Source of the DNA: Candidatus Babeliales bacterium
GTDB taxonomy: Bacteria > Babelota > Babeliae > Babelales > JANWKD01
Assembly (NCBI GenBank): GCA_963722255.1
Contig: CAVRJO010000002.1
Span: 512,001-576,000, forward strand
Length of the DNA: 64,000 nt
Reading direction: 5' to 3'
Part shown: in pieces, positions 30,663 to 41,437 of the stretch
How positions within the stretch are numbered: position 1 is the first letter of the stretch
How the letters are laid out: every line of letters starts with the position of its first letter
Position numbers and translations under genes: made by a program
The notes under the pieces: generated by a model
What the model was told of the DNA's origin: nothing
The model's input: only the letters and a program-made list of their open reading frames with translations
The model's database searches: none

Positions 30663-31836
30663 CTTAACACCTGACAATTTTAAAAGTAAGCCATAAAGGG
30701 GGAATTTCCAGCAATGACAGTGCGGCTTTCAGAAGAAAGCGAATACCTTTTTTGAAAAAGGAAGTTAAACTGCGCGCAGTTTTTTTTAGAACGTTTTGCA
30801 CGCTCAAGATCTGGCTGCATGCCGGTGGAAACAGCCCAATAATAAGCAACACTTAAAACAAGAATAAGACGTTCTATTCGTTCTGCATGGCGTAACTGAG
30901 TAGTAGTGATATCAAAGCCTCTTGATTTAAAGTCTGAGAACATAGGCTCAATAGACCATCGCATGCCATAATCAAGAACTTTATATTCGGTAGGAACACA
31001 ATCCATAGCAATGATCCAAGGTTCATCTTTGCCTTCATCTTGTAGTGCACCAATGTTAGTTGTAACGCCAGAATTATTCAACTGAACATTGCACAACGAT
31101 GTTTGTTTTAATCTGATAAGCTCGCCAGAACTCAATTCCCCACCATGATGAAAAAGAATAAGATTACCTTTCAAGCGAATGCGGTATCGCCATTTGAAAC
31201 TTTGACATAATTGGATAAGCGCAGGATTCCCATAGAATCTATCCGCCATTAAAATAATTTTTGCATAGCTTGGTATGTTAGCAAACACCGCCTCAAGCAG
31301 TTGTTTTTGAATGGTAAAGCCAATTTCTCCTTGCGTTTTAATTACTCGCCATGCAACAGGAATAGCACGTTCTCCAATTCGCAATGAAACCATAAGACAT
31401 TCAAATTCTTTATTGATTTGACTTTGATCCATTGATAAAACAATGATCTGGCCATTTGCATGTATAAGTTCTATTAATTCAGGGATAAAGCCTTCTAGTA
31501 ACGTATCACAATCAATTTTATCATTGGCAAGCCAACGATTAATATAGCGATAACGCTCCTCATCACTTTTGACTTTTCTTGGCAGCACTGTTGCTAATTC
31601 TGATGTGTTAACATTGCGACATGTTATTACTGATGCTGCTAAATCTGCCAAACCTATCCTTTGTGGCTTGCTTAAACGTATATCTCTCTCTGCTAAATCT
31701 TCTTCGATAACTTTTGCCAAGTGTATTATTGATCCACCCATCATTCTCACCTTATTTACTCCTTTGTTTTTCACAAAGTATACACTTTTTGCAAAACAGA
31801 GTCTTTGATGAGTGTTAAATTTTGTCAGGTGTTAAG
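30663..31836 (-). mobile_element. IS4 family insertion sequence
   Basis: Perfect 15-bp TIR CTTAACACCTGACAA; 9-bp duplication CAGTAAGCA at 30654-30662 and 31837-31845. Confidence 0.93.
30680..31774 (-). CDS. IS4 family DDE transposase
   Basis: LSMDQS, MADRFYG, YGMRWSIEPMFSDFKSRGF. Confidence 0.92.
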   Translation of the reverse strand: MKNKGVNKVRMMGGSIIHLAKVIEEDLAERDIRLSKPQRIGLADLAASVITCRNVNTSELATVLPRKVKSDEERYRYINRWLANDKIDCDTLLEGFIPELIELIHANGQIIVLSMDQSQINKEFECLMVSLRIGERAIPVAWRVIKTQGEIGFTIQKQLLEAVFANIPSYAKIILMADRFYGNPALIQLCQSFKWRYRIRLKGNLILFHHGGELSSGELIRLKQTSLCNVQLNNSGVTTNIGALQDEGKDEPWIIAMDCVPTEYKVLDYGMRWSIEPMFSDFKSRGFDITTTQLRHAERIERLILVLSVAYYWAVSTGMQPDLERAKRSKKNCAQFNFLFQKRYSLSSESRTVIAGNSPFMAYF

Positions 31837-33025
31837 CAGTAAGCATGGAGAGGCTTTTACTTGAGAAACAAAAAATCCAAAATAAAATAGAAAACCAAAA
31901 CTTCTTAACCAATCTAAATCTTTTTGAGCCTACAAATCTTAGCCAGTATGAAGCACAACTGAATAATGAGCTAACTTCTCGTTGGAGACGTATATACCAT
32001 TTTACGCTACATGGCCTTGTTCCACTGACAACCGGAGTCTCTATTGGATGGACTCTCTATAAAATATGTAATGACCAAAGATATCAAGCTCGGCTAAGTG
32101 ATGCTTTTTTTGCAAGACCACTTCTTAGTGCTTTTTTTGCTACAACTGTTATATGCTGCGCTACAGGTTTATCAAACCTATATACTAATATTTTTAACTG
32201 GAGAGATAAGACTCAAGAGCAACTAGGCATTGTTAAAAGAATAATGAATAGGCTTGATACAACACACTATAAAAATTATAAACTTCTGATAAGACAACAA
32301 AAAAACAATGATGCAATTGACAAGGAAAAAGCATTAACGGATTGGAATCAATCAATACAAAGCCTACGTGAGAGAAAAAATAAAATCGAAGAAAAAATGA
32401 ACTCTCGATGGAAACGATTATGCAACTTTGGCACAAATATTGAATATATCGCATCAGGTTTACTACCCGGCGTTTTAGCATATGCACTCATTCATGATAA
32501 ATCCTTAACCGAAAATACATTACTTAATACAATTATTTATCGAATACTAACACCGACAGTGCTTACAACCACAGGAGCATATTTACTATCTAAAGGATGT
32601 AATGGCATTTACAAGGATCTATTTTGTTGGAAAAACAGAAAATCACACAAAATTTTCCTAACAAAAAGTGCACTTAAAAACGCAAAACAGCTATCCAATC
32701 TTGGATCACATGCAAACTAGTATAGAAGTTAAATAGGATTATTAAATAAAATGATTTGCTTGCAGCTATTATTAAAGAAATTCCGGTATATTGCATTATG
32801 GAACCTAAGGTAAAGTTGTGTTGTATGGAGCTGCGCAATATATTATACTTCATTCATAATCAAAATGATTATAAACACCAGCTTTGCATCAAGAAATTTT
32901 ATAGTTAAAAGTAATTAACTTCTCATGACTCTTAATAAATAATTGATTTTTTTTAATTTACAGCATATTAAAATATATTTTGAATTTGTATTTTGGATAA
33001 AAAATCTTGGCTAATATAATGAATT

Positions 33026-33144
33026 ATAAATTGCTATAGTATTTAAGATGAATTTAGGCTCCTCTTGTTATTAGTGTTTCAGGAGAGTCTAGTATTTTAA
33101 AAATATGCCTAGATCAAATCTTTAAATATTTTACGAAAGTCCTG
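33026..33144 (-). mobile_element. decayed end of an IS related to 9624-10762
   Basis: Aligns with about 10638-10762 (TTGCTATAGTATT..., GGAGAGTCTA..., CTAGATCAAATCTTTAAATA..., AAGTCCTG). Confidence 0.8.
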
Positions 33145-33149
33145 TAATC

Positions 33150-33880
33150 ATGAAAAAATTGCTTTTTACCTTTTTACTCTTAACACTATCATTCTCTATT
33201 TCAGCTATGGATAATATTGATCAAGATCAAGACAGAGAACGGGCCTATTTCAAACAGCAAAAATATAATGCCGATTACTTTTATATAGCATGTGTTGATC
33301 ATAATGTTCGTCTTCTTAAACAAGCACTGGATGACGGAATTTCACCAGATACACCAGTTTATAATTTATTAGAAACAACACTGGCACGAGAAGCATTTGA
33401 ATGCGTTGACCTTTTACTACAAAGAGGAGTTACCGTAACTGTTCAGCATATTCAAGCCTCGATTTCTAATCAAAATGATGAATTATTTAAACGTCTAATT
33501 ACCGCATGTAATAATCTTGATGTTATGCAAATTTCCGAGGTTCAACATTACTTCATCAGGCATCCCTTTACGGTACACAAACTATGGTTGAGACACTACT
33601 TCATTTAGGAGCAGATACTGAAACTCGAGATAGTTTTGGTTATACACCATTATTTTCAGCAGTTACTAAAAAAAATATTCCCGCTATTAAGGCACTTATA
33701 CATCGTGCAAATCTTCATGTACAAGTAAATTCAGGACAAACACTTTTAGAAAAGGCTACACAAATAGATGCCAAAATTGCCCATACTATTAAAAAAGAGA
33801 TGGCATTTACTACTTATTGGGTATGTAAAGAACACCTTCCTATTGAATTAATTATGCATATTGCAAGTTTTTATAAATAA
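33150..33880 (+). pseudogene. secreted ankyrin-repeat protein split by a frameshift near 33560-33590
   Basis: ECVDLLLQRG in ORF 33150-33608; MVETLLHLGADTETRDSFGYTPLFSAV and GQTLL in overlapping ORF 33584-33880. Confidence 0.7.
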
Positions 33881-34036
33881 ATCTTAACATTGACATCTAT
33901 GGTTCTTGTTACTACATAATAGATTTGCATCTATAGTACAAGACCAAAAGGATCAAGAAAAATTTTATGTAGATGGTCTTTTTACCAGAATCAAAAACAA
34001 ACTATTTCTGGTAGCTTTAGGGGAATGTGTGTAATA

Positions 34037-34942
34037 TTACGTGATAACATTTTGATTTTGTTCAACAGAAAATAACATACGTTCTTCACAGTAATACACA
34101 AAAAGGCACATAAGCGTTACAAAAAATCCACAAAAATAATGCCAAGAAAGCATTTCATTATAAAGAAATGCAGTATAGAATGCATTAAAAAATGGGCAGA
34201 GCATACTCCCAAGCACAACAAATGTTTGGCTATATTTTTTTACAAGCACTGTGTACCAATTGTGGCATACAATATTGCTTATAAGAATCAGAACAGCAAG
34301 AGGGAGAATAAAAGGAAGGGCCTGCGTAATATAAGGACTTGTTTCGACACATAAACTTGTCACTAATGCAAGTATCCCACCGCAAGTCATACTGATGCCA
34401 TTAATCATAAAAGGAGTATAAGCAAATTCGGTTATAAGCTTTCTTATAAGGAACCAACCATAACTAAAACTAATAACAGAGCATAGCAAGGCACAATCAG
34501 GCAATCCAAAACTCGCCATTAAAAATGGTTTTTGCTGCAGCATATTCGGGCTTATAAGAAAAAGTGCTGCATAGCTTATGCAGAGCACAACCATTTTACG
34601 GAGATTAAATCTTTCAACAGCAAAAAAAAGCACACACAAATAGGTTATTAGAGGACCGGTATTATATAACAAAAATACTCGCGATTCAGGACAATAAATA
34701 AGCCCATAATAACGCAATGCATAAGGAATATACAAAGCAAATAAAACTATCTGTACAAAATATATGATATGTTTTTTTTGAATTTGAAACTTTTGTCGTG
34801 CAAAAAAGGTGTAGTACCCAAGCAAAATAGTTCCTGCAATGCTCATACGAATACCAAGTAAAAAAAATGGCTGAGTATATTGTAAAAGCATTTTTGTTAC
34901 TGAGAAAGTAGTTAATGCATGGAGTGCCATTAATGAAATCAT
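34037..34942 (-). CDS. DMT/EamA family transporter
   Basis: About ten TM helices; PFFLLGIRMSIAG; ERFNLRK. Confidence 0.85.
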   Translation of the reverse strand: MISLMALHALTTFSVTKMLLQYTQPFFLLGIRMSIAGTILLGYYTFFARQKFQIQKKHIIYFVQIVLFALYIPYALRYYGLIYCPESRVFLLYNTGPLITYLCVLFFAVERFNLRKMVVLCISYAALFLISPNMLQQKPFLMASFGLPDCALLCSVISFSYGWFLIRKLITEFAYTPFMINGISMTCGGILALVTSLCVETSPYITQALPFILPLAVLILISNIVCHNWYTVLVKKYSQTFVVLGSMLCPFFNAFYTAFLYNEMLSWHYFCGFFVTLMCLFVYYCEERMLFSVEQNQNVIT

Positions 34943-34968
34943 AGTTCTCCTTATTAGTGTTTAATAAA

Positions 34969-35046
34969 AATCCCCGCAGCAAGCTGCTTAGTATTTTTCT
35001 ATGAAACGAAGCAAGCTTCGGGGAATTAAACCCGAAGGGAATTAAA
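34969..35046. repeat. REP/MITE-like palindromic element
   Basis: CCCCGCAGCAAGCTGC ... CGAAGCAAGCTTCGGGGAATTAAACCCGAAGGGAATTAAA. Confidence 0.55.
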
Positions 35047-35049
35047 ATT

Positions 35050-36063
35050 TTATAAATATTTTTCTAGATTCTTTTTCTTTAATTCATTAACAGCATTTTT
35101 CACAAGCTCAACATCATCTTTTTGTGCAATAAGCAAAACATCATCAGTCTGCACGATGCATAAATTATGAACGCCAATAAGCACCGGTAATGCTTTAGCC
35201 ATCACTAAATTATTTGATGCATTAATTTCTAAAGGCTTTTGCAGCTCTTGCTCAGATTGTAATGATAAAAATGTTGCTAAATTACCCACATCTGACCAGG
35301 AAAAATCGGCCGGAATTACCATTAAATTATTACTTTTTTCCATGATGGCATAATCGACAGAAATTGATTCGACTTTCTTATATGTTTCTTGGTTGCCTGT
35401 TAGATAATATTCTTGCACTAAAGAATACATATCAGGCACTATACGTCTAAACTCTTCAAGAAAGACTGAAACTTTTCCACAAAAAATACCAACATTCCAA
35501 ACCATAGAATCAGAAGTATAATAAAGTTGCGCTCGTTCGATGTTTGGTTTTTCATGAAACTGCTTTACATGTGCAATTCCATGCTCTGATGGTACAAATT
35601 CTATATAGCCAAATCCTGTCGCAGGATGTGTAGGTTTAATACCAATAAGTGTTATACAATCATTATTTTTAGCATGTCTGATGGCCTGCTTTTGTACTGA
35701 AACAAATTTTTCAACATCAGTAATATAATGATCAGCCGGATAAAAGAGAACCACTGATTCAGGATCTTCTTGAGCAATGGTAAAACAGCTCAACAAAATT
35801 GCCGGCGCAGTGTTACGTGCAAAGGGTTCACATATGAGGGATTTAGCATAAAAATAGCGCTTTAAAGCCTCAGATTGTTCATGAAGAGTAACGACTTTAA
35901 CTGACTCAAGATCTATAAATGCTGCTAATCGATCACGTGTATGCTCAAGCAATGATTTATGACTCAATGATAGAAGTTGCTTAGGAAACTCTTGCCGACT
36001 CAAGGGCCACAAGCGTTCCCCTTTTCCCCCGGCTAAAATGACACCGTACACAGAACCCTTCAT
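35050..36063 (-). CDS. manC: mannose-1-phosphate guanylyltransferase
   Basis: ILAGGKGERLWPLSR..PKQ, EPFARNTAPA, GFGYI, FHEKP, WSDVG. Confidence 0.93.
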   Translation of the reverse strand: MKGSVYGVILAGGKGERLWPLSRQEFPKQLLSLSHKSLLEHTRDRLAAFIDLESVKVVTLHEQSEALKRYFYAKSLICEPFARNTAPAILLSCFTIAQEDPESVVLFYPADHYITDVEKFVSVQKQAIRHAKNNDCITLIGIKPTHPATGFGYIEFVPSEHGIAHVKQFHEKPNIERAQLYYTSDSMVWNVGIFCGKVSVFLEEFRRIVPDMYSLVQEYYLTGNQETYKKVESISVDYAIMEKSNNLMVIPADFSWSDVGNLATFLSLQSEQELQKPLEINASNNLVMAKALPVLIGVHNLCIVQTDDVLLIAQKDDVELVKNAVNELKKKNLEKYL

Positions 36064-36071
36064 GCCACCCC

Positions 36072-36797
36072 TTATGAAATTTTAGTTGTTTTTGAAAATA
36101 ACCTATCCCACAAAAGACGAAAATATTGCTTGGCAACTTCTGCCATAATTTTTACTGAAAGCTTTGACTTGCCTTCGGTACGACTGCGTGCAAGAATAGG
36201 CACTTCAACAATTTTTGCGCCACTGCGCTTAAATCGATATAACGATTCCATACAAAACGCAAAACCTTGTGATTTCAATGTTCGATACAAGGCAGGATTA
36301 AGAATCGAAACAGAATATAAACGAAATGCACCAGTACAATCATACGGCATGCTAAGACCATATTTGATCATAGAACGCCAAAAATAGGTAAATGGTAATC
36401 TAATTTTATTCCACCCTTCCATCTTACCACCGGAAGTGTAACGAGAACCAATTACAATATCAGCAGACTCTTTTTGTGCAATCATTGCTGGAATATAACA
36501 AGGATCGTGAGTAAAATCAGCATCCATGGTAAGTAAATAGTCATAGCCATGATTACGAGCAAACTGAAATGCCTCTTTATGCGCTGTGCCAAGACCCATT
36601 TTTGATGGACGATGAATTACATGCACACAAGAATCTTGAGCAACCAGCTCATCAATAACTTTTCCCGTACCATCAGGTGAATTATCATCGCAAAAAAGGA
36701 TATCCAAGTCATAAGGCAAATTTTTGAGAGCTTGATATAATTTTTGAACGTTACCACGTTCATTATAGGTTGGCGTAAATACTAATATTTTATTCAT
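36072..36797 (-). CDS. polyprenol monophosphomannose synthase (GT2, DPM1-like)
   Basis: PTYNERGN, DDNSPDGTG, KMGLGTA, MDADFTHDP, IGSRY. Confidence 0.9.
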   Translation of the reverse strand: MNKILVFTPTYNERGNVQKLYQALKNLPYDLDILFCDDNSPDGTGKVIDELVAQDSCVHVIHRPSKMGLGTAHKEAFQFARNHGYDYLLTMDADFTHDPCYIPAMIAQKESADIVIGSRYTSGGKMEGWNKIRLPFTYFWRSMIKYGLSMPYDCTGAFRLYSVSILNPALYRTLKSQGFAFCMESLYRFKRSGAKIVEVPILARSRTEGKSKLSVKIMAEVAKQYFRLLWDRLFSKTTKIS

Positions 36798-36876
36798 ATA
36801 ATTCCATTAATAATAGATACTTTCATTACTTGTAAGAGTATCAGCCTTCATAGTTTTTAGCTAGAAATTATAGGCT

Positions 36877-36908
36877 TAAAGAGGCCTAGAAAATTCTAGG
36901 CCTCTTTA
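36877..36908 (-). terminator. palindrome downstream of array gene A
   Basis: TAAAGAGGCCTAGAA-AA-TTCTAGGCCTCTTTA; near-identical copy at 39225-39251. Confidence 0.7.
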
Positions 36909-36920
36909 TTTCATCTGTTA

Positions 36921-39188
36921 TTAGAAGGGTGGAAATGATAAATTTGCACTTAATTTTGGTGTTTGGCTTGCATTAGCAAGAAACTGTTGAAAAATATTGG
37001 TCACAAATACATAGTTAAGATCATTATTCATGGCAGTATTTTGAGTAATAAGGTTTGAAGCTGATGAAGCTATAAATCCTCTTCCTGAGCCAATTGTCGC
37101 TGTAACACTTGATATTTTAAAAGTACTATTACATAATGAACATGAATTATTCATTATGGTTGATCCTGAAGGAAACTGTAATCCTGTTAACAGTGTTACA
37201 ACAATATTCGAAACAGAAATCGGATTTGAACCTTGTGCAAGAATATCGCCACTTGGTCGCCAGTCAACGCTATTAACTTGAGTTGGGTTATTATAGGTTG
37301 CAATTTGCGTTAAACTATTTTGATTAAAACGTAAAGCTCGCGTTGTCACACCACCACTAGCAAGACCTCCAAGAGCTATATACGTATCATCGGGTGACCA
37401 TTGAACTGAGAAAATTGTTGCTCCATGATTAAACGAGAATCCTCCTCCAAAAGTTACACCATACATAATAACTGTAGTTCCAGATGTAACCGCTATAAAC
37501 GTACCTTCACTGTTTACATTAACACTATTACAATCCGCTGCTCCAATATAGGTATTAACACCAACAAGAGATCCTTGATTATATCCAAAAGTCCCCGCCG
37601 CTGTACTATCAATATTTGCCGTAAAACCCACTGCAAGCACATAACCTGCAATAATAGAAGGTACGACTATAAAAGGTCCCCAGGCAAGGGAGAGAACCTG
37701 AGTGCCCGAAGCAAGGGCTAATGCTGTTGGAGCATCAATACTTGTAATAAGATTTAATGCATTTGTAGTTTTTGAATATTTATAAATAAATAAATTATTG
37801 GCTGAAGCTACATTTGTAGCAACTGCAATAGAGGCATTATCAGGAGCAAAAGCAACTTGAATAACATTATTAAGAAAGGTAACAGCCGGGCCGGCAGTTA
37901 ATGTAGTCCCATCAAAACTAAATACTCTTAGTGTAGGAGTTCCCCCACTATTAAATCCGACAGCTAAAGAATTTCCATCTGGCGACCAGCTCACTGATAC
38001 AACATCATTAATATTTTGCGATGCAATAAGTTTAAATGCATTGTTTGCAAACTCATAAATTCCAATGCCGCCTTGCGTTGCTGTACCGCTTCCCGTTGCT
38101 AAATAGCGGCCATCGGGACTCCAATCTATGCTATTTACATTTGAAACAGCACCAGTAGTGCCCACAATAGTTGGCAATCCTGATTGAACGAGTGCTGTAA
38201 AAGTATATTCCATTTGAAGCCCATAAGCCCGAGCATTGCCTTGAGCTGGAGTAGATACCGTTTCAATACTATTATTTTCAATAGTATCATTTGATTCAGT
38301 TGCTCCAATTAAAATACCTACCGCACGATTAGTTGTCGATGTTGCAGTGGTTGATGTAGCCTCGATAAGATTATTTAGAAAAGCGTTATTACCACCCGTC
38401 ACAGCACTAATACCATATGCATCAGTCGATGATTTTGTACCTTGAATGGTACACTGCTCAACCGTTGTTGAATAGGTACTTATGAGTTCAACTCCTGCAA
38501 AACTACTTGTTAAAATAAACGAATTAGAAACAAAACCTTCTTGCACAAATCTTCCGGTAATACCCGTACCATTTGCAATCAGTTCAAGCTCAGACATATT
38601 CACAATTGAAATTGGCAAGAGTGCTGATCCATTACAATAAATACCATGTGATGTGCACAAGCGTATTTGCATTGCTGAACAACTAACATTTGAAGCACCA
38701 GCTGCAACATTAATACCATCGCCCGTCATACCGTTAATTGCCCCATTGAGTATTTTAATATTTTGGTGATCACCAACTTGAATACCCGTAACGCCAGCCG
38801 TCGCATTACCTTGAGCAATGGTAAAGCATTGTAGATTAAGGGTAACATTATCCGCATTAATAGTTATTGCTGGTAATGCTGAGGCAGGACTAAAGGTGAT
38901 ATTACTAACAAGTTTATATGCTCCTGAGCTCGTAATTGTAAAGCCGGTTACTCCAACAGATGCTTGTGAAATAGGCGTTGATGAACAACCATCACCAACA
39001 CTGCTCATAATTCCATGTAAGACAGTAAATGTACCATTAAAATCATTTTGTATTGTTTGACTACAAGCCGTCAGTGTATAATCAATATCAAGTGTAATTT
39101 GACGTGTATCACGAGTATCTGCATACAAGCTCGTATATGCTAAGACATTTATTAAAAGACCAGATCGTAAGATCGTAGCTATTTTCAT
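36921..39188 (-). CDS. secreted beta-helix protein with inserted WD40-like propeller (array gene A)
   Basis: Signal peptide; DTRDTRQITLDIDYTLT; ITINADNVTLNL; WSPDG repeats; ends NLSFPPF. Confidence 0.85.
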   Translation of the reverse strand: MKIATILRSGLLINVLAYTSLYADTRDTRQITLDIDYTLTACSQTIQNDFNGTFTVLHGIMSSVGDGCSSTPISQASVGVTGFTITSSGAYKLVSNITFSPASALPAITINADNVTLNLQCFTIAQGNATAGVTGIQVGDHQNIKILNGAINGMTGDGINVAAGASNVSCSAMQIRLCTSHGIYCNGSALLPISIVNMSELELIANGTGITGRFVQEGFVSNSFILTSSFAGVELISTYSTTVEQCTIQGTKSSTDAYGISAVTGGNNAFLNNLIEATSTTATSTTNRAVGILIGATESNDTIENNSIETVSTPAQGNARAYGLQMEYTFTALVQSGLPTIVGTTGAVSNVNSIDWSPDGRYLATGSGTATQGGIGIYEFANNAFKLIASQNINDVVSVSWSPDGNSLAVGFNSGGTPTLRVFSFDGTTLTAGPAVTFLNNVIQVAFAPDNASIAVATNVASANNLFIYKYSKTTNALNLITSIDAPTALALASGTQVLSLAWGPFIVVPSIIAGYVLAVGFTANIDSTAAGTFGYNQGSLVGVNTYIGAADCNSVNVNSEGTFIAVTSGTTVIMYGVTFGGGFSFNHGATIFSVQWSPDDTYIALGGLASGGVTTRALRFNQNSLTQIATYNNPTQVNSVDWRPSGDILAQGSNPISVSNIVVTLLTGLQFPSGSTIMNNSCSLCNSTFKISSVTATIGSGRGFIASSASNLITQNTAMNNDLNYVFVTNIFQQFLANASQTPKLSANLSFPPF

Positions 39189-39224
39189 AGAGTATTCCTT
39201 CTTTTCTTTTTTCATAAAATATCC

Positions 39225-39251
39225 AAGAGGCCTAGAAAATCTAGGCCTCTT
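39225..39251 (-). terminator. palindrome downstream of array gene B
   Basis: AAGAGGCCTAGA-AAA-TCTAGGCCTCTT. Confidence 0.65.
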
Positions 39252-39257
39252 CTCTTG

Positions 39258-41423
39258 CTACAGCGGTGGAAATATTTGATTTGAAATCTTACTCGGCACA
39301 GGATTTTGATTTGCTATAAATTGCTTAAAAATATTATTTGCAAAAATTATACCAAGATCTGCTGCAAAAACCATATTATTAATAACCAAATTTGCATGAG
39401 AAGACGCTAATAATCCTCTACCCGATGAAACTCCCGGTTGTCCGGCAGCCAATGCAGGACCCGTAATAACACTGATCTGATTATTAGCTATGAAATTCGT
39501 TTGACCAAATTGTAGTGTCGAATATAGTTGCAATAAACTTGCATTTGATCCTGCTGCAATGAGATCACCCGTAGGTGCCCAACTTAACCCTTGAGTTTGC
39601 CCTCCAGAGCCTAATGAGATACTTCTAAAGTTACTCAACGTTGTTCCATTAAAAGCATAAATACCTAATATACTTGTTGAATCAGTATACGCTAACCATT
39701 TACCATCAGGAGACCATGCTACCCATACAACCGTTCCTGCTGTATTTTGTTGCGCAATAAGAATCGTTGATGAACCAGTAAATCTATATACACCAACTGA
39801 ACTTCCTGCAGAATTAGCTAATGCTAAAAATTGTCCATTGGGACTCCATCGTATATGCTGTTGTACATTTGTTATAAAGCCAATGCTTGCAGCAAATATT
39901 AATGAATTTCCAGTAAAATTATATATTCCTACCCCCCCACCTCCCGATGAAATAACGGCTAAATATCTGCTATCAGGAGACCAATCAAGACTAGTATAAG
40001 GTCCTGTTAAATTTAATGAAGCCACTAATTGCAAAGTTGTACCACTGAATTTCCAAATATCAAGAAAATTTGGATTTGCTGTAGAGTCAACGGTAGCAAT
40101 ATATCGACCATCAGGTGACCAGGCTACTTCTAATTGAACAGTATTGGTACCGGGAAAGTTTACAACAGGAGATAAAATTCCTTGATTATTTTTATAAATT
40201 GTTTGTACTCCGGCTGCACTTGTCAATGTTATATAACTGCCATCCGGTGACCATGCCATAATACTGCGCATACCGGTTAATTGTTGTGTGTAGAACAACG
40301 CGCTGTTTTTATATTCTACTATATCAATAATACCACCTGTCGTACTTACTGCTAGATAACGACCATTAGGAGACCAGCGGCAATTGTTTACCTGACCCGT
40401 AGCAAGCGATGTCACGGGAAAAATTGTAGTAAACGTATAGCCCATCTCAAGGCCAGATGGTTGCGCATTGGTCGTTGATATACATGACTTAATAATGTTA
40501 TTAAAAATTATATCATCAACTTCACCTGAACCAATAAAAATTCCTACTGCTTCTTGCGTTACTGATGCATCATTTGTTCGGACGCCACGAATCACACAGT
40601 TTTGAACGGTATTATCTTTACCGCCATCTAGAAAAATACCATACGCTGATCCTGATGCGGCTTGTGTATTCTGAATGGAACATGAATCGATTGTTGTTGA
40701 AATAGTGGTTAATAATTCAATACCTATCTGCAATGAGTTGAGTATGGAACAATTTTTAATTAAACCTCTTTCAAGATTTGTACCTTGAATTCCTATTGTA
40801 TTGCCTATCAATTCAATGTTGAAAAGTGACTGCAAGCCAACAAGCGATCCCGGAAGCCCTTGTAAAAAAATTCCAGATGTATTGCAATTTTCAATGGTAA
40901 TATCATGAATAGTACACTCTGTTGTTCCTAGACCTACAAAGATACCATTATCCGTCATTGATGAAATTGCGCCATTTTTAATCTCTATTCTCGTTTGATT
41001 TGAGGCAATCTCTATACCATCAACATTTAGTGTTGCGTTACCTTGGCTTATACTAAAACAGGCTAAATCTAAAACAACATCATTAGCATTAATTAAAATT
41101 GCTGCTGCTAATCCAGATGGATTAAATACTATATTTTCACCAAGTCGATACAATCCTGATTGAGTTATAATAAATCCTGTTGTTCCAACATCTGCTTGGT
41201 GGATAATCACAGGAAAACATATATTGTTACTTAATGATTGTTCAATTGCTGCTAATACTGTAAACGTTCCTTGAAAGTTAGCCTCGATTTCGGCACAGCA
41301 GATGGTTAATGTAGTATCAATATCAATCAAAATATCACGCGTCAATCGTGGATCAAACGTTGCTTGTACAGCGTTGCATAGCAGCGCTATACTCATAAGC
41401 AGTAGTACAATATTCTTCTTCAT
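39258..41423 (-). CDS. beta-helix/WD40 protein (array gene B)
   Basis: FDPRLTRDILIDIDTTLT; seven W(S/A)P(D/N/T) repeats; ends NQIFPPL. Confidence 0.85.
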   Translation of the reverse strand: MKKNIVLLLMSIALLCNAVQATFDPRLTRDILIDIDTTLTICCAEIEANFQGTFTVLAAIEQSLSNNICFPVIIHQADVGTTGFIITQSGLYRLGENIVFNPSGLAAAILINANDVVLDLACFSISQGNATLNVDGIEIASNQTRIEIKNGAISSMTDNGIFVGLGTTECTIHDITIENCNTSGIFLQGLPGSLVGLQSLFNIELIGNTIGIQGTNLERGLIKNCSILNSLQIGIELLTTISTTIDSCSIQNTQAASGSAYGIFLDGGKDNTVQNCVIRGVRTNDASVTQEAVGIFIGSGEVDDIIFNNIIKSCISTTNAQPSGLEMGYTFTTIFPVTSLATGQVNNCRWSPNGRYLAVSTTGGIIDIVEYKNSALFYTQQLTGMRSIMAWSPDGSYITLTSAAGVQTIYKNNQGILSPVVNFPGTNTVQLEVAWSPDGRYIATVDSTANPNFLDIWKFSGTTLQLVASLNLTGPYTSLDWSPDSRYLAVISSGGGGVGIYNFTGNSLIFAASIGFITNVQQHIRWSPNGQFLALANSAGSSVGVYRFTGSSTILIAQQNTAGTVVWVAWSPDGKWLAYTDSTSILGIYAFNGTTLSNFRSISLGSGGQTQGLSWAPTGDLIAAGSNASLLQLYSTLQFGQTNFIANNQISVITGPALAAGQPGVSSGRGLLASSHANLVINNMVFAADLGIIFANNIFKQFIANQNPVPSKISNQIFPPL

Positions 41424-41437
41424 CTAATTTCCTTCAA

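Larger units (their letters stand above)
30605..32720 (+). pseudogene. membrane protein with internal duplication, separated from its signal peptide by an IS
   Basis: Removing the IS and one duplication copy gives in-frame MIKKLITSFLFLVTLSSVS-MERLLLEK...; the body (31845-32720) has two SRW.R...F.W repeats. Confidence 0.75.
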
